DNA of 64,000 nt from Adineta vaga (lineage: Eukaryota > Animalia > Rotifera). The stretch spans positions 8,060,001 through 8,124,000 of the forward strand of contig CP075496.1 of NCBI GenBank assembly GCA_021613535.1. The letters are read 5' to 3'. The translations under genes were made by a program, and so were the position numbers. How positions within the stretch are numbered: position 1 is the first letter of the stretch; every line of letters starts with the position of its first letter. The notes under the pieces are model-generated. The model ran no database searches, was not told where the DNA came from, and saw nothing but the letters and a program-made list of their open reading frames with translations. Shown here piece by piece: positions 13,260 to 25,714 of this stretch.

Positions 13260-14672
13260 TCAAAGAAGATTTTCATTCTTTTCTGTCACGGTTCGAGTTG
13301 TTGCACTGTTTTTACGATTATTATTAACCGCTGAAAATGTTCGAAAAATAATTCATTTTCAAAACGAATTTCATAATAACTTACGTATATTCACAATGGT
13401 TGAATGCATTTGTTTTGTTGGATTAGTTGAAATTTTAATTGAACAAATATAACGATGACAAAAAAAATAAACCATAAAAATAGTAAAGACAACTAAGATT
13501 ATGAGAAAAAATGTGATGATTAAGATTCCACGCCATTGATTATATTTATGGATTAAATGATGTTGCTTGTCAGATTCATTATTTATACGATTAATGGATT
13601 CACTTGAATGAATAAGACATGATTGATTTAATAGTTCATCTGATCCATCCAAACAATGTGGAACACCTAGTTTATCAAATCTTTTATACGAATAAGAAAA
13701 TAACAAGAAGTATAACCTACCATCACAAAGAAGTAGACTACTAATACAATCACCATTGAAACAAGAAAATTCCTCATCTGTTGAATCACATGGATGTGAT
13801 TTATTCGCTAAGGAGATGAAAAATAGACCATGTTAATAGTTGGATTTATACTTACGATATCGAAACGAAGTAAGAACAACTTTAAATCCATGACCATTAA
13901 CATTACCACCGTCCGTACTGAAAAATGAAATTATTCATTTGATAAACAATTATTCTTCTTTCTTTCTTTCTTCTTACCTAAAATGTGCAGTAACAATACC
14001 TGTAGGTGAAATAAAATTAATCTTTTCTGATCCATTCAATTGACCACATTCAACGGAAACCTTAAGAAAAAAACAAAAATAACCAATTTGTGTTGGAGAA
14101 GATTTATGAAAATAAGTTTCCTATTACGAGTTTATCTTTGTCACGCATATATGGTGATTTATAAAAACGAAGTGAATCTAAACAATTCACTCCACCATAG
14201 ATATCATTCATGTCCATTGAAAGAATTTGTACACGAATAAGATTATTTGATCGCCGAGCCTAAAATCTTCTTCGTATATATTCTTGTTCTACTCGTATTT
14301 TCAATATTTCAAACCTGAAACGTCATAAAACAATCTTCATAAGGTAAATATGTTTCACTTGTTGTATATCGAAAAGATTTGAGAAGAGCACCTTCAATAC
14401 GATATCCATCACCACAAACATTCGAATTCTTCATACCATCACTCACTCTTGAAGTCATAATATCTATTTAAAGAAAGAAGAAGAAGAAAAACTCTCAAGT
14501 ATTCATCATTAAAACATCATTTACATTCTTCAGCTTCTCTGAGACGAATTCTACGATAAGTATAATCATTCAATGATGATGCTTGTACTTGTATTAGATA
14601 AATGTTAATAAAAATGGCAAATATCAAGCATAAAGAAATATTAAAAGAAATTGTTTGTATTTGAATAAACAT
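13260..14672 (-). CDS. Single-pass membrane protein with signal peptide, CUB and LDL-receptor class A domains
   Basis: Spliced minus strand: hydrophobic N-terminus MFIQ...CLIFAIFINIYLIQVQA, CUB-like (YLPYEDC, NCLDSLRFY, VTAHF|STDGGNVNGHGFKVVLTSF), LDLa (EEFSCFNGDCISSLLLCD|GVPHCLDGSDE), TM GILIITFFLIILVVFTIFMVYFFC. Confidence 0.8.
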
Positions 14673-15525
14673 TCACTTGAAAAGAAAAGAAACTTTTTGA
14701 ATGCACCTACTAGTTGGATTTGAAAAGATATCAATCAACTTACATTTCATTATTAGGAGCAAAATATGATATACATGCAATATAATTATATGTCACAGGA
14801 TTTTTACACCTTGTTACCAAATTAATATCCTGTAGCCATGTTCATTGTTAGTTGTCAATCCTCAAATAAATAAATGGAAGTAGAAGCTTTCTGTCTAGCA
14901 TCGAGATGGCAGTATTCATCGTAGAGAAAACGGAAGGAAAAGAACTGATGTTAACATTAGAATTCTAATGACATTTGCCTGGCTCGTATGTCTATAGAGT
15001 TTACTGAATAATGATAGAACAACATTTTCATAATCATCGAAGAAGATTATTGTACTATAATAAATAAAGATGATTGATCTATAAAATGCAATAATATGAG
15101 ATACGAAAACGAAATTTGAAAACTTATAAGCTATTGAATACTGTGAAAATGATAAAGTGGTTGTGAGATATTTGCGATTGCAAACAGATTTTCTCCTTGC
15201 CCATAGATTCATCAAAATTCTATTGAATTTGTCAATAGGAAATAACCAATGCGTGTAGTATATACGCAGTCGCGTGTCAAAATTATCTTGAAATATTTTT
15301 TATCACATGAGAGAATAAGCTGATTATTAGGTACATTCTAGAAGAAAATGAAAATATATGTATTATAAATATCAGTTCTCCATAATATTTCGACAACATA
15401 TGTTCTTCTATAGACTAAGTGACTTCATCAAGGAAAAAAAACAACTCGAACGATTCCATATGACATATTTAAATCTGGCGCTGATATACTTAATCATTTC
15501 TCGTAATTAGTTACATTATCAAAAA

Positions 15526-18500
15526 ATGTATATGATGATTACTGTTCTATTCATAATCAGAAGTAAATTGACTTATCTTTCATCATCAAATATTCGTTGT
15601 AATAATATATTATTAATAAATTCTTCGTATAATACTTCTCAAGAATATATTCCTCTTCATTATACAATGCAAAAAAGCTTGATTATAACAAATCCATGTC
15701 ATGTAGAGCAATCAATTTTTGTTCAAAATCATACTCTATATGGATTTCAATCAAAACAATTGCAATGGAAACGTTTATGTATTGCACATAATAGTGTGGA
15801 TGAAAAAGTATTGAAATGAGAGAAACAATGAGGTTTTTTTTCTGAAATTGAAAAATTTGTAGATTCCAATTGTAAATTCAATTGCTTATTTAAATAGTGA
15901 TATAATTCTATTAATTCATGGAATATTATATCGCACACAAGATATCATTAGTTCTACGGAAAATGATGATATTATCTATCGAATCTCGCGTTATTCTAGT
16001 AAGGAATTTTACAACAGATTTAATCTATTTTTTCATTTATCAAAATAGATATATCAGTTTTATTTGAAAAGATCGATTATGTATTCACTACACCTTGTTG
16101 TATATGTTACGAAAATATAAGTTATCATTCCACAAGTCAAATATATAATGATTATGTTATATTAGCGAATAAGAATGGAGATGTGAACCTTTTTCATCTT
16201 CCTTCAATGGCAGTTGCATACAATTTTGAAAATATTTTCCAATCTCAATCTGTAAGTATTCAATGAAATTAATATCGATATGTTTAAAAATGAACTTCAT
16301 AGATTTGTCAATCGAATCAATGTGATATTCTCTATCTTGGACTCTTTCATACCATACCAATACTTATGTGTATTGTCAAATACAAAACTGAGAAAGTATA
16401 GTTTCGATTGATTGTCATACGGTTGTGCGAAGTCCTAGAGAAAATATTTCTTACAACAAAAAATATTACATATGAGTCTACAATGATTGAATCTTCTCAT
16501 CTGTTCTCTTTGGAGACATTTTCTCAAACAACACTTATGTTGTATATTTAATTATTGCAAAATTTCTTTCTAGGCAATAATTTATCATCGACCATTCTTA
16601 GAATTTACTTCATCTTTTCAAAACTCGACATTTCTTAATTTAACCGATGGAACTTTATATATCACACCAACAACGTTTCCTAATGCATTCTTTTTCTGGG
16701 ATACAAAAAAGATTTATTATACACCAAATGGTGGTCTAACATTATCTGAAGTAACACTCAACGGTTGTCAATTTGATTATTTAGATAATATGAATGAAAA
16801 TCAATTGAAAGCCTATTATAATGATCTTGAAATTGATTATGATAATATAACTTTATTAACAAAAGATATGTTTTGTTCAAATTTAACGATTGATTATATA
16901 ATCATTTCCAATAGAGAATTTTATCTACAAACTGAGAATAGTAAGTTCTAATTAATAAAAACATAAATTTTATAAAATTATTTCAAAGATTATTGGCTAT
17001 ATGGAAAAGAATCATTTTTTCCATCAATTATGAAACTTCCATTAGACAATGAATGTATTCCATTAATACAAGATCAACAAAATCTCTCTATGCCATATAT
17101 AAATATTAATATAAGTCAATGTTTAGCTAATCTGAATCTGCAAATCATACCTTGTTCATCGTTTGCTCAATCATTCTGTTCATATTTACGTTTTGAACCA
17201 TTATTCGATACTCATCAATTATATATTCTAGAGAAAAATAGTCGAGAAGAGTTTCAATTTATTCTTGAAGCTTATACGATTATTCCTATAATGATCAGTA
17301 GTATAGAATCAGCTTTTTTTGATTATTCAGTTAATTATAAAATTAATTATATCAATAATGGTATCATTCAAATTATAGGAGTGAGTAAAAAAAAGATTTC
17401 GAAACGAAAAGAAGAGATATATACATATGACATAGAACAGAATATTGTTATTTCAACAAGAAATCAAACAAGGTACAGTATTGTTGGTACTTTCAAATAA
17501 TCTCATTGAGTTAATCGGACAGATATACAAAATTTCACGTACTGCTTTCGAAGTAATGTTCATCAATATGGTAGTTATTTACACATCTTAACGACAGAAT
17601 TTGTCATTTATTACACAGTTCATACGATTTAGTCAGTCTCATTTACCTGCCAGTATAATTTATTATCATTTCATTTATTTTCTACTTGTCACATTCGATT
17701 AAACTTCAATCGACATAAATCTTGATGATTTCTTAATAGTGATCTGTATGGTTCGAGTTTGAGCTCATTTCGACTCGGTCTTATTCAATATGATCATGCA
17801 TGTACTCAAACACCTACTTTTGTAAAAAGAACAAGAAAGTAATTTTTTGTTGATTTGAAACTTTGGTAATTTATTTTAGGCTTTCCAAGTTGAAGCATCT
17901 TGTTCGACAGATAGTGTACTACGAGTAAAATCGTAAGAAATAATTGCATCTTTCTACTTTTATTTGGAATGATACTTTCTTTTAATGAAAGAGACAATGA
18001 ATTTGAAGTGTGGAATCAATATAATCCAGTAATTGATATCGAATGGTAAGATTTTAATACTTTAAAATAGTTAAAATTTTTCTAGGTAGCGATTTTTTAT
18101 CTGAAGGATTGAACAAAATCTTCCGATAAACGCCATTCATCAATTCTCTCCAATTTATATTAAACATAAACAAAATGATCCACTATTACTAAATTATCAA
18201 TAGTACAGAAAAGAAAAACTTTTCTTTTTCTACTTAGTACTCTAAATCTTTTCGTCTAGTTGCTTCAATAACATATGTCAATCGATTGATGATCATGAAC
18301 TGAAATCATTAATTATATATGCAATACCTATAAATAAAGAACATGATGATTATGCACGTTATTTAATTAATCGAACAGATACTTGTATACCATTTAATCA
18401 ATCTATTTATGAATTATGGCTACAATGGACATTGAATATGACTGACAAGACACAACATTTTCAAGTAAGAATATATCATTCAAGTGTTATCTGCAGTTGA

Positions 18501-19330
18501 AATTTATCAATTTTTAACTTATTGTTTTCAAATTACAAAGTTAATTTCTTCATTAAATAAACAGATTGAATATTTACATCAGTTCTTCTTTATAATGTTT
18601 TGTAATTCACATGTTCTTTCATCAACATCTTAGATTAAATAGATTTTATAATTTAATACAAATTATTAATCTCTTTTAGATTCCATATGAACGTCGTACT
18701 TTCTATCGAACATTATTAAATATCTCTTTAATTTCTAATCAATCTTGTCTTTTCTTTAATGGATCCGATTATCTGCATATAAATAACACACTAAATCAAG
18801 TATCAAATGATTATCTAAAATTTCTCATTCATATTATTGCTTACAATACGAAATATAGGTATTCAATTATAGACAAAAAAGTCTCTTCTAATGAATGTTT
18901 GTTTAGTTATTGTGATTTGGAAACATTTCTACTACTTGAAATCGAACCTATTCATCACATACAAACAACTTATCGTGGTTTTGCTTTTTTAATCACATTA
19001 TTCATATTTATATTATCTTTTATTTTATTTCTTTATATTTATACTTATTATAAACAACATCAAAGAAAAACTTCTCTTGAATATCATCGTTTAAATCAAA
19101 TTGATGCAGGACAGTATGTCAAAATCTGTTCAAGAAAAAACAAACTATATTCTTTTCTCTTTATTAGATTTCATCAATGGTATGATATTGCTCGATACTT
19201 AAATGAAAATCGAAATACGACTGAGTATCATTTAATACATACTCATCTACAAAATCTTCAACCAACAACTAATCTAACGAAACGTTTGATGGAATATCAC
19301 AAGAAACCAAAGACGAATGACATCAATTGA
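15526..19330 (+). CDS. Large orphan type-I membrane protein, possibly with a degenerate cadherin-like membrane-proximal repeat
   Basis: Chain of in-phase exons (e.g. about 16574-16940, 16990-17380, 18261-18463), many N-x-S/T sequons, PFNQSIYE motif, one TM GFAFLITLFIFILSFILFLYIY followed by a basic juxtamembrane segment. No family recognised. Confidence 0.6.
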
Positions 19331-21573
19331 ATGTATGATTTTCTCGATCAAACACAACTCATCATTTTGAAAATGTTCTTTTTTGGTAGAAAAGAAAACG
19401 TGTACGTCGTCATGTATTTGTTTCGCATGGTAAATTATTTGCGTAAAAATATGCCACTAAAAACAATACAACCATATGAGATGTCATAACTTCACCTGAC
19501 AAGTTGCCTAAATTTAATAAAATTCAAGCGAAAATTCATATCTTTCAATTAATTCAATTATTATAGTAGAACTACTGTATACAAGAGAGAAAAGAAATCT
19601 TGACTATATCTTTTTCTTCTGACATATCATACAGTTAGTAATAGGTTATGTTTGTTTTTTGACTATTTCAGAATCGACACATGTTAGACATATCTTGTTT
19701 TCAAAATACGAAATAGGAAGAGTAAGTCATATCGCAAATAACACCTACACGCACTGCTCTAACGACCAGAACTACTCGTTTATATTTTTCTGTGTTTTTC
19801 TATAAGTTTGAAAAGTAAATTGGAAGAACGTTTTGCTCATTCTGTTCGTGCACTTAGGTAGTTTGTTCTGTTTCTCATCTGATGTCGTCAATGACGGTAG
19901 GTAAGTTTTTCGTAACTCTGATTTAGATAAACTGGCCTCTCTGCTTGTTACTAAAGTAGTCCAACGACAAACATACTATCGTCTTTTAACATTCCTTCGT
20001 CGAGTTAGATAGGAAAAAAGAGGTAAATGAGAGAGAAAAAAAGACGATAGCGATGATGAAGGTGATAATGACTTTGATTAAGACTCAGCGAAAAGAAAAA
20101 TAAGAAAGAAAACAGTAGTTAGTACACATACACAATCATGCATATGTATGTCCTATCATTCGACTAGGCATATAACTTATTGTAGTAAGACTAGTCATAA
20201 TTTTATGTAAAAGCACATTATTGTCACACTCGGCTGCTCGAATCGAAAAAAGCAAGTTAACACAAAAATACCCAATATATATACAGAATGAAAGTCACTG
20301 TTTTTCGAAGAATTACTAATGTAATGTAGACAAGTACAAGTATGTAAGCTTTTGTCCATTGTAAACATAGAACGCATTTACTTAAGAAGCAGAATTATTG
20401 GTGAGTGAATCGAGGAAAGAATAAAGTGATTATAACGTACGCCTAAGAAAAGAGAGAGAATAGAAGACATAGACACCCGAATGTTGCTGAAAACAACCTT
20501 TTTGAATTACTTGAATATAATCGACAGCAACAATAGTCGAAGAAGAAGAAGAAGAAGAAAAAGAAGAAACGTATGTGTCAAAAAAATACATTGCCTATGC
20601 ATTCAGATTGTATAGTACAAAGATCTCACTAGTTAAAATAAATAAAAAGATTCTCGTTTGTTGCCACATCGATTTGCTTATGGTGAATTATAAAGAAATT
20701 CTAGATGCTTGTATTTATTGTAAGTGAAACATGGTTTTAAAATAAAGGAAGAAAGAAAGAAAGCAAGAAAGAGAGCGCGTGTAAGAGAAGAAAGGAATGT
20801 CGTTGGTGCTCATTCTACATGGCTCACCGAAGCGACCTCCTCAGCAGGGCTCTGGTTTGTTACTTGTGAATGATCGCTTCCTGTTCTCATCCTGTGTGCA
20901 TGTACGTGTATACCCATTTTTTTCTCGCATCGGCATCGTCTTTCTCGTCGTCATCTTTTCTTTTTTATTCGTTTGTTATTGTTGTACGGAAGGTAAGAGT
21001 GAAGGTGGTACTAGACACCATCTATTACAGAATTTTCTCTTGCTCTCTCGGAGTTTTTTTTTTTGAAAAAAAAGACGATGACGATGTCGACGACAGAGCA
21101 ACCGAAGGAAGACGAAAACGCATTTGCGTATATAGTTATATATATATCTGGATTAGGGAGAAGCAAGCATAAAACAGGGACGTTGAAGAATAAGTCGAAG
21201 AAGAAGAAGAAGAAGAAAAAAGAAGAAAGGAAGAAGAGAAATAATAATATGAATAAAACTATGACTACATGATGTGGGACACTCCAAAAGTATAGCTCTC
21301 ACTCTCACACATACTCTCGCTTTCAGTCACTTTGCACAATACGAAGACAGAGAGAACATAAAGCAAAGAACATCAGTGCTTGGCAACAACACACATCGTG
21401 TCTACCTGCCCTATGTAATGATGTGTCGTATTTAGTTTAGAATCTCATACTAAAACTTCATGTGTTTTTTTCCTCTTTCATTTTAGATTGAATCATTTTC
21501 TTTCTCTCTTTTAGTTTCTTTTCTTCTTTTTTTCAATTTTTTTTTCGTTGTTTTTTCATTAATCTAAATCGTT

Positions 21574-22798
21574 ATGAACGATCAAGCAACAGATTATTCT
21601 TCAATCGATTCATTTCATGTTGGTCGTCGTCGAAAACCAAACTTTACCGATCATGAAGTTTTGTATATAATTGATCAATATGATACTTACAAAGAATTAT
21701 TACATTCACGTGAAGCATCAAAAAGTGTTATTGCACAAAAACAAGCTATATGGAAACGAATAACCGATAATCTCAACACATCATATCCACAAGTGGAACG
21801 AACTGTTGAAGATGTTCGACGAAAATGGAAAAAATTACAAAGTGAAGCAAAACGTGAATCTGCTGCTTATCGTGCCGCGCAAGCAGCAGGTGTAACAACA
21901 GCCATATCCAATAAACAATTGACTGTTTATAATCGAATTCTAAATATTTGTCGTCCATCAACAACATCTACATCTCATTTTCCTCCAGCAGCAGTTGCCG
22001 TTGCTTTACAACATCAACATTTACTACAGCAACAACAATCAAGTTTAAATCATCATCATAATCATGATACATCATATAATGAACAGGTTAGTTATTCATG
22101 TAAACATTTGTCTTTGATAACTTGTCAAAACTAATTAAATGAAATCGTGCATATTAATAAATTCTTTTTTCTTCTCTTGTCTCTTTTAGTCTTCAGATAA
22201 AGTTGATTCTCCATCATCAGATCTTGCTAATGGTGTTAGTGGTCAATTAGATTCTCCAGGTGATGAAAGTGCTAGTCTAATTGGTAATGATGACAATTCA
22301 CCAAGTCCACTAATCAATTATCAAATGGCATCCCATCTTCCTTCCCAACAAATTCATTCATCAACAACAGCAATATCGGGTAATGGTCAAGTATCTAAAC
22401 GTACATTAGATAAACGTCGTAAATTATTGAAAACATCGTTAAATCAACAAATTGTGAATAATATCAATAGAGCACATGGACAATCACCACAACAACAACA
22501 AAATTCTCTTCGATATGAATCATTAATGAAACGAAAACGTACATTAGAATTAACCAGTCAACGATTGATCTATGATAAAGAACGTTTATTACTTGAAAGA
22601 AAAACTCTTGATATTCAATTAGCGACGAATGAATGCGAAAATGAACGTATTGCTATTGAAAAACGTCGTACAGATTTAGCTATACAAAAACTTCAATCTG
22701 ACATACCATTATCAAGCAATGGTAATCATAATTTATCTGATCAGGAAGATCATGACGACAATAATAGTCTCGATGATATGAGTGATATAAATGAGTAG
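21574..22798 (+). CDS. Myb/SANT-like DNA-binding domain protein (MSANTD/NAIF1-type) with C-terminal coiled coil
   Basis: RRKPNFTDHEVLYII...KQAIWKRITDNLN...RTVEDVRRKWKKLQSEAK. Intron 22087-22189. Coiled coil LLLERKTLDIQL...IAIEKRR. Confidence 0.85.
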
Positions 22799-23435
22799 GT
22801 TATTTATATTCATCCAATATAGATTTCTTATCACCAGTTCAAACATCCGTCCACTTCATTTTTCTTCTTCTTGTTCTTCTTTTTTTATTCGCTATTCCCG
22901 AATCTCTTTTTTCTTTTCTGTACCTAGCAACAGTGTGATATTTTCTTTTCTTTCTTCTAGTATTTTCATTTGTTTTTCCCTTTCGTGCGTACTTATGTGA
23001 TACTCAAATTTGAACAGAACAGAAGCTAAAAAACTGGAACAAAATAGAATGTCATTGTGATATATATATCTTTCCGTCGTTTTTTTTTTATATACTTATA
23101 TTCGAAATTAACATGCAACAAAACTAATATTCTTTCCAATACAAATGCACAGACACTAACAAAGTGTGTTTTTTCTTTTGTTGATCTTTCTTACAATATT
23201 TTTCTTTTACTTTTTTTTCGCAAAAACGTCCACTACACGACACATGTGTATGCATCCTTTATGCATTTTTCTTTCTCTTCTTTTTTCGTATCATATAGCT
23301 TCTTATGATTTCTTTTTTTTTTCTATATATATGTATGTGTGCGTGTATGTATTGTCAAAACGAGAGAAAAAGAAGACGAATACAAGGAGTGAAATCATAT
23401 TCTTTTCAGTTTATTTCAAAAGAAAGATGTTTTCG

Positions 23436-24065
23436 TTACCAATCCGGTACAAAACCACATTGTTCACAAAGTTTCTTCTCTCCAATATTCGAATGTTCTT
23501 GTTTTAATGGACAACCTTCGATTTGTTCGCGAATTGTACATGTTAAACCAATATGAGTTGCATCACAAATTGGCGGACGTTTCGTATATTTACATGCACA
23601 TATTAAATATACGGTCTGTGCCCGTTCCGGTACAGTCCATTTCAAGGGACGAAATGAAGTATCTTTATGCGAACCTGAAAGAAAAACATCCAAGAAAATT
23701 ATCATTAATATCTATTCGATCAGTTCTACAAGATTGTATGTTTCCTTTATTCACATTGAATATTCGAGATATGTGAACGATTTAGAAAAGTTATATAGTT
23801 AATTTCATGTCAATGAAAGAAAGAAATCAATTTTTACCATCACACCATGGTTGTTTTTTACTCAATCCACATGTACACCATAATTTTACTTCACCTGGTT
23901 TTAAATCTCGTATTGAACATGGACCATACTATCAAAAATGAAGTTTTAGAATAGAATAAATTGATAAATCAATTAATCATAATCAGCAGAATGCGTTTTT
24001 TTCTTGTGAGCGTTTTTTTTTACCGTTGGAACATGAGGCTTTAACGTTAGTTGTGGATCAGACAT
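23436..24065 (-). CDS. Two-CDGSH iron-sulfur (NEET, CISD3-type) protein with an extra Cys/His C-terminal tail
   Basis: MSDPQLTLKPHVPT|YGPCSIRDLKPGEVKLWCTCGLSKKQPWCD|GSHK...ICACKYTKRPPICDATH...LCEQCGFVPDW. Confidence 0.88.
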
Positions 24066-24390
24066 TTTTCACGAATGATTCATCCGTTGTCTTGACAGCT
24101 ATCTCGTCGACCAATGAAAAATATCTCAAATGAAACCTTTATCGAACTAAGAATTATAAAAACAAAAGATTTCTTTCGAAACTTAATTATTTTAATTTGA
24201 TTTCAATTTTACTAAAAAGAATTTTTCCGTTTTCAACAAAAAAATTAAACACAAACAATTGCATTCCATAGAATATTTCATGGATAGAAGAAAAACTGCT
24301 CTGTACATTATTTAGTCGAATAGACAAATCAAGTTATTTATTACAGAAGAATGAATTCTTTTTTAATTTTAATTCATTTTAGATAACGAT

Positions 24391-24859
24391 ATGTCAACTG
24401 AAGCGACTAAAACCGCTAAGGAACCATTTGTTCCTAAATATGAAATCTCTGCAGGTCTTCACAAAGGTCGTAAATTGGAAAAATTCGTCACAAAACGTAT
24501 TCGACCAACACGTCGTACACAAGTAGAAATTTTTTCCAATTGATCAATTTCGATTTCTATTTTTGATTTTGATTTTAAGAAAAAAAGTAAACGAGTTAAA
24601 TTCGTTCGTGATCTTGTTCGTGAACTCGTTGGTTTTATGCCATATGAACGACGAGCAATGGAATTGATGAAGGTCGGACGAGATAAACGTGCATTTAAAT
24701 ATGTCAAAGCCCGTGTATGTATTTCAAAAATCTATCAAAGATTGATTTTACGAATCTTATGAAATTTCTTTCTTTTAGTTAGGAAGCCATCAACGAGCCA
24801 AGAAGAAACGTGATGAACTCCAAGCCGCTATTCTTGCTCAACGCAAAGCACATAAATAA
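24391..24859 (+). CDS. RPL36: 60S ribosomal protein L36 (eL36), 3 exons
   Basis: GLHKGRK...[39 protein letters not shown]|[14 protein letters not shown]. Confidence 0.96.
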
Positions 24860-24973
24860 AACCAATCGAAAACTTTGTTTATGCTTTGTTTTTAAAAGAA
24901 AACTAAATAAATAAAAACGAAACATCATATACAACAATAGATATTCTTCATTTTTCCTTCTTGAAGATTCATC

Positions 24974-25256
24974 ATGGATAGAACATCAATGCATGATCCA
25001 TCGATGACACCATCATCAAATACAATACCGAGTAGTAGTAGTAGTACGACAACGAATCTATTGAATCAGATAGGAATGAAAACAACGATCTATATTTGTG
25101 GAGAATGTCATAAAGATAATGAATTAAAATCGACGGATGTTATTCGATGTAAAATTGCATTCATTTTGTTTTTCTTCTGTAGGTAATGAATGTGAATATC
25201 GGATTTTATATTAAAAAAAACGAACAAAATAGTTGATTGTATACGATGATCGATAG
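24974..25256 (+). pseudogene. POLR2K: RNA polymerase I/II/III shared subunit RPB12 (RPABC4) pseudogene
   Basis: [20 protein letters not shown]|CNECEYRILY*KKRTK*LIVYDDR*. Two in-frame stops, G>E and A>D changes in the conserved CGYR and DAR motifs, and an unusually short 34-nt intron (25149-25182). Confidence 0.8.
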
Positions 25257-25714
25257 ATTTTCTTCTTGTATTTTTGTTCTCTATACAGATTAAAGAGAAA
25301 TATGTCAGATATATCAATAAATAAAACGAATATCTTGTATAAGAAAAATTCAAAATAAAACAACTATAATTGATGAAGTCAATTATAGCAAAGTGGATTT
25401 ATCCATTTTCCATTGAAATTAACAACTTAAAATCTGAACATGTTCTCTATTGTTTTCTAATCTTAAAAGTATCTTTTCTCATTAGATGGTGATAAGAATC
25501 AAGATATGAAGATAGTTTTGTTCTTTGAAGTGTGACCGAAAACTAAATATGTACATATATCAACATTGTTTATTCAAGGAAGAGAGATATCGAAGGGAGA
25601 AGAAGAAATCAAACTGAAGCGACGTGTTCAAATAAACATTTATTTGAATAGTAGATAGAAAGAAATCAAATATCATTTGAAAGACGAGGTCATTTCACAT
25701 CGGTCAGATCTATC

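Noticed and set aside
20195-23776. Many short Phe/Lys-rich ORF-track calls (e.g. 20797-21272, 22791-23556)
   Set aside because: They are translations of T-rich or A-rich UTR/intron sequence, or antisense shadows of real genes.
25180-25256. Alternative genetic code or stop reassignment to rescue RPB12
   Set aside because: TAA, TAG and TGA all terminate neighbouring genes normally. The TAA is an extra codon relative to the family, and other conserved residues are also altered, so pseudogene is simpler.
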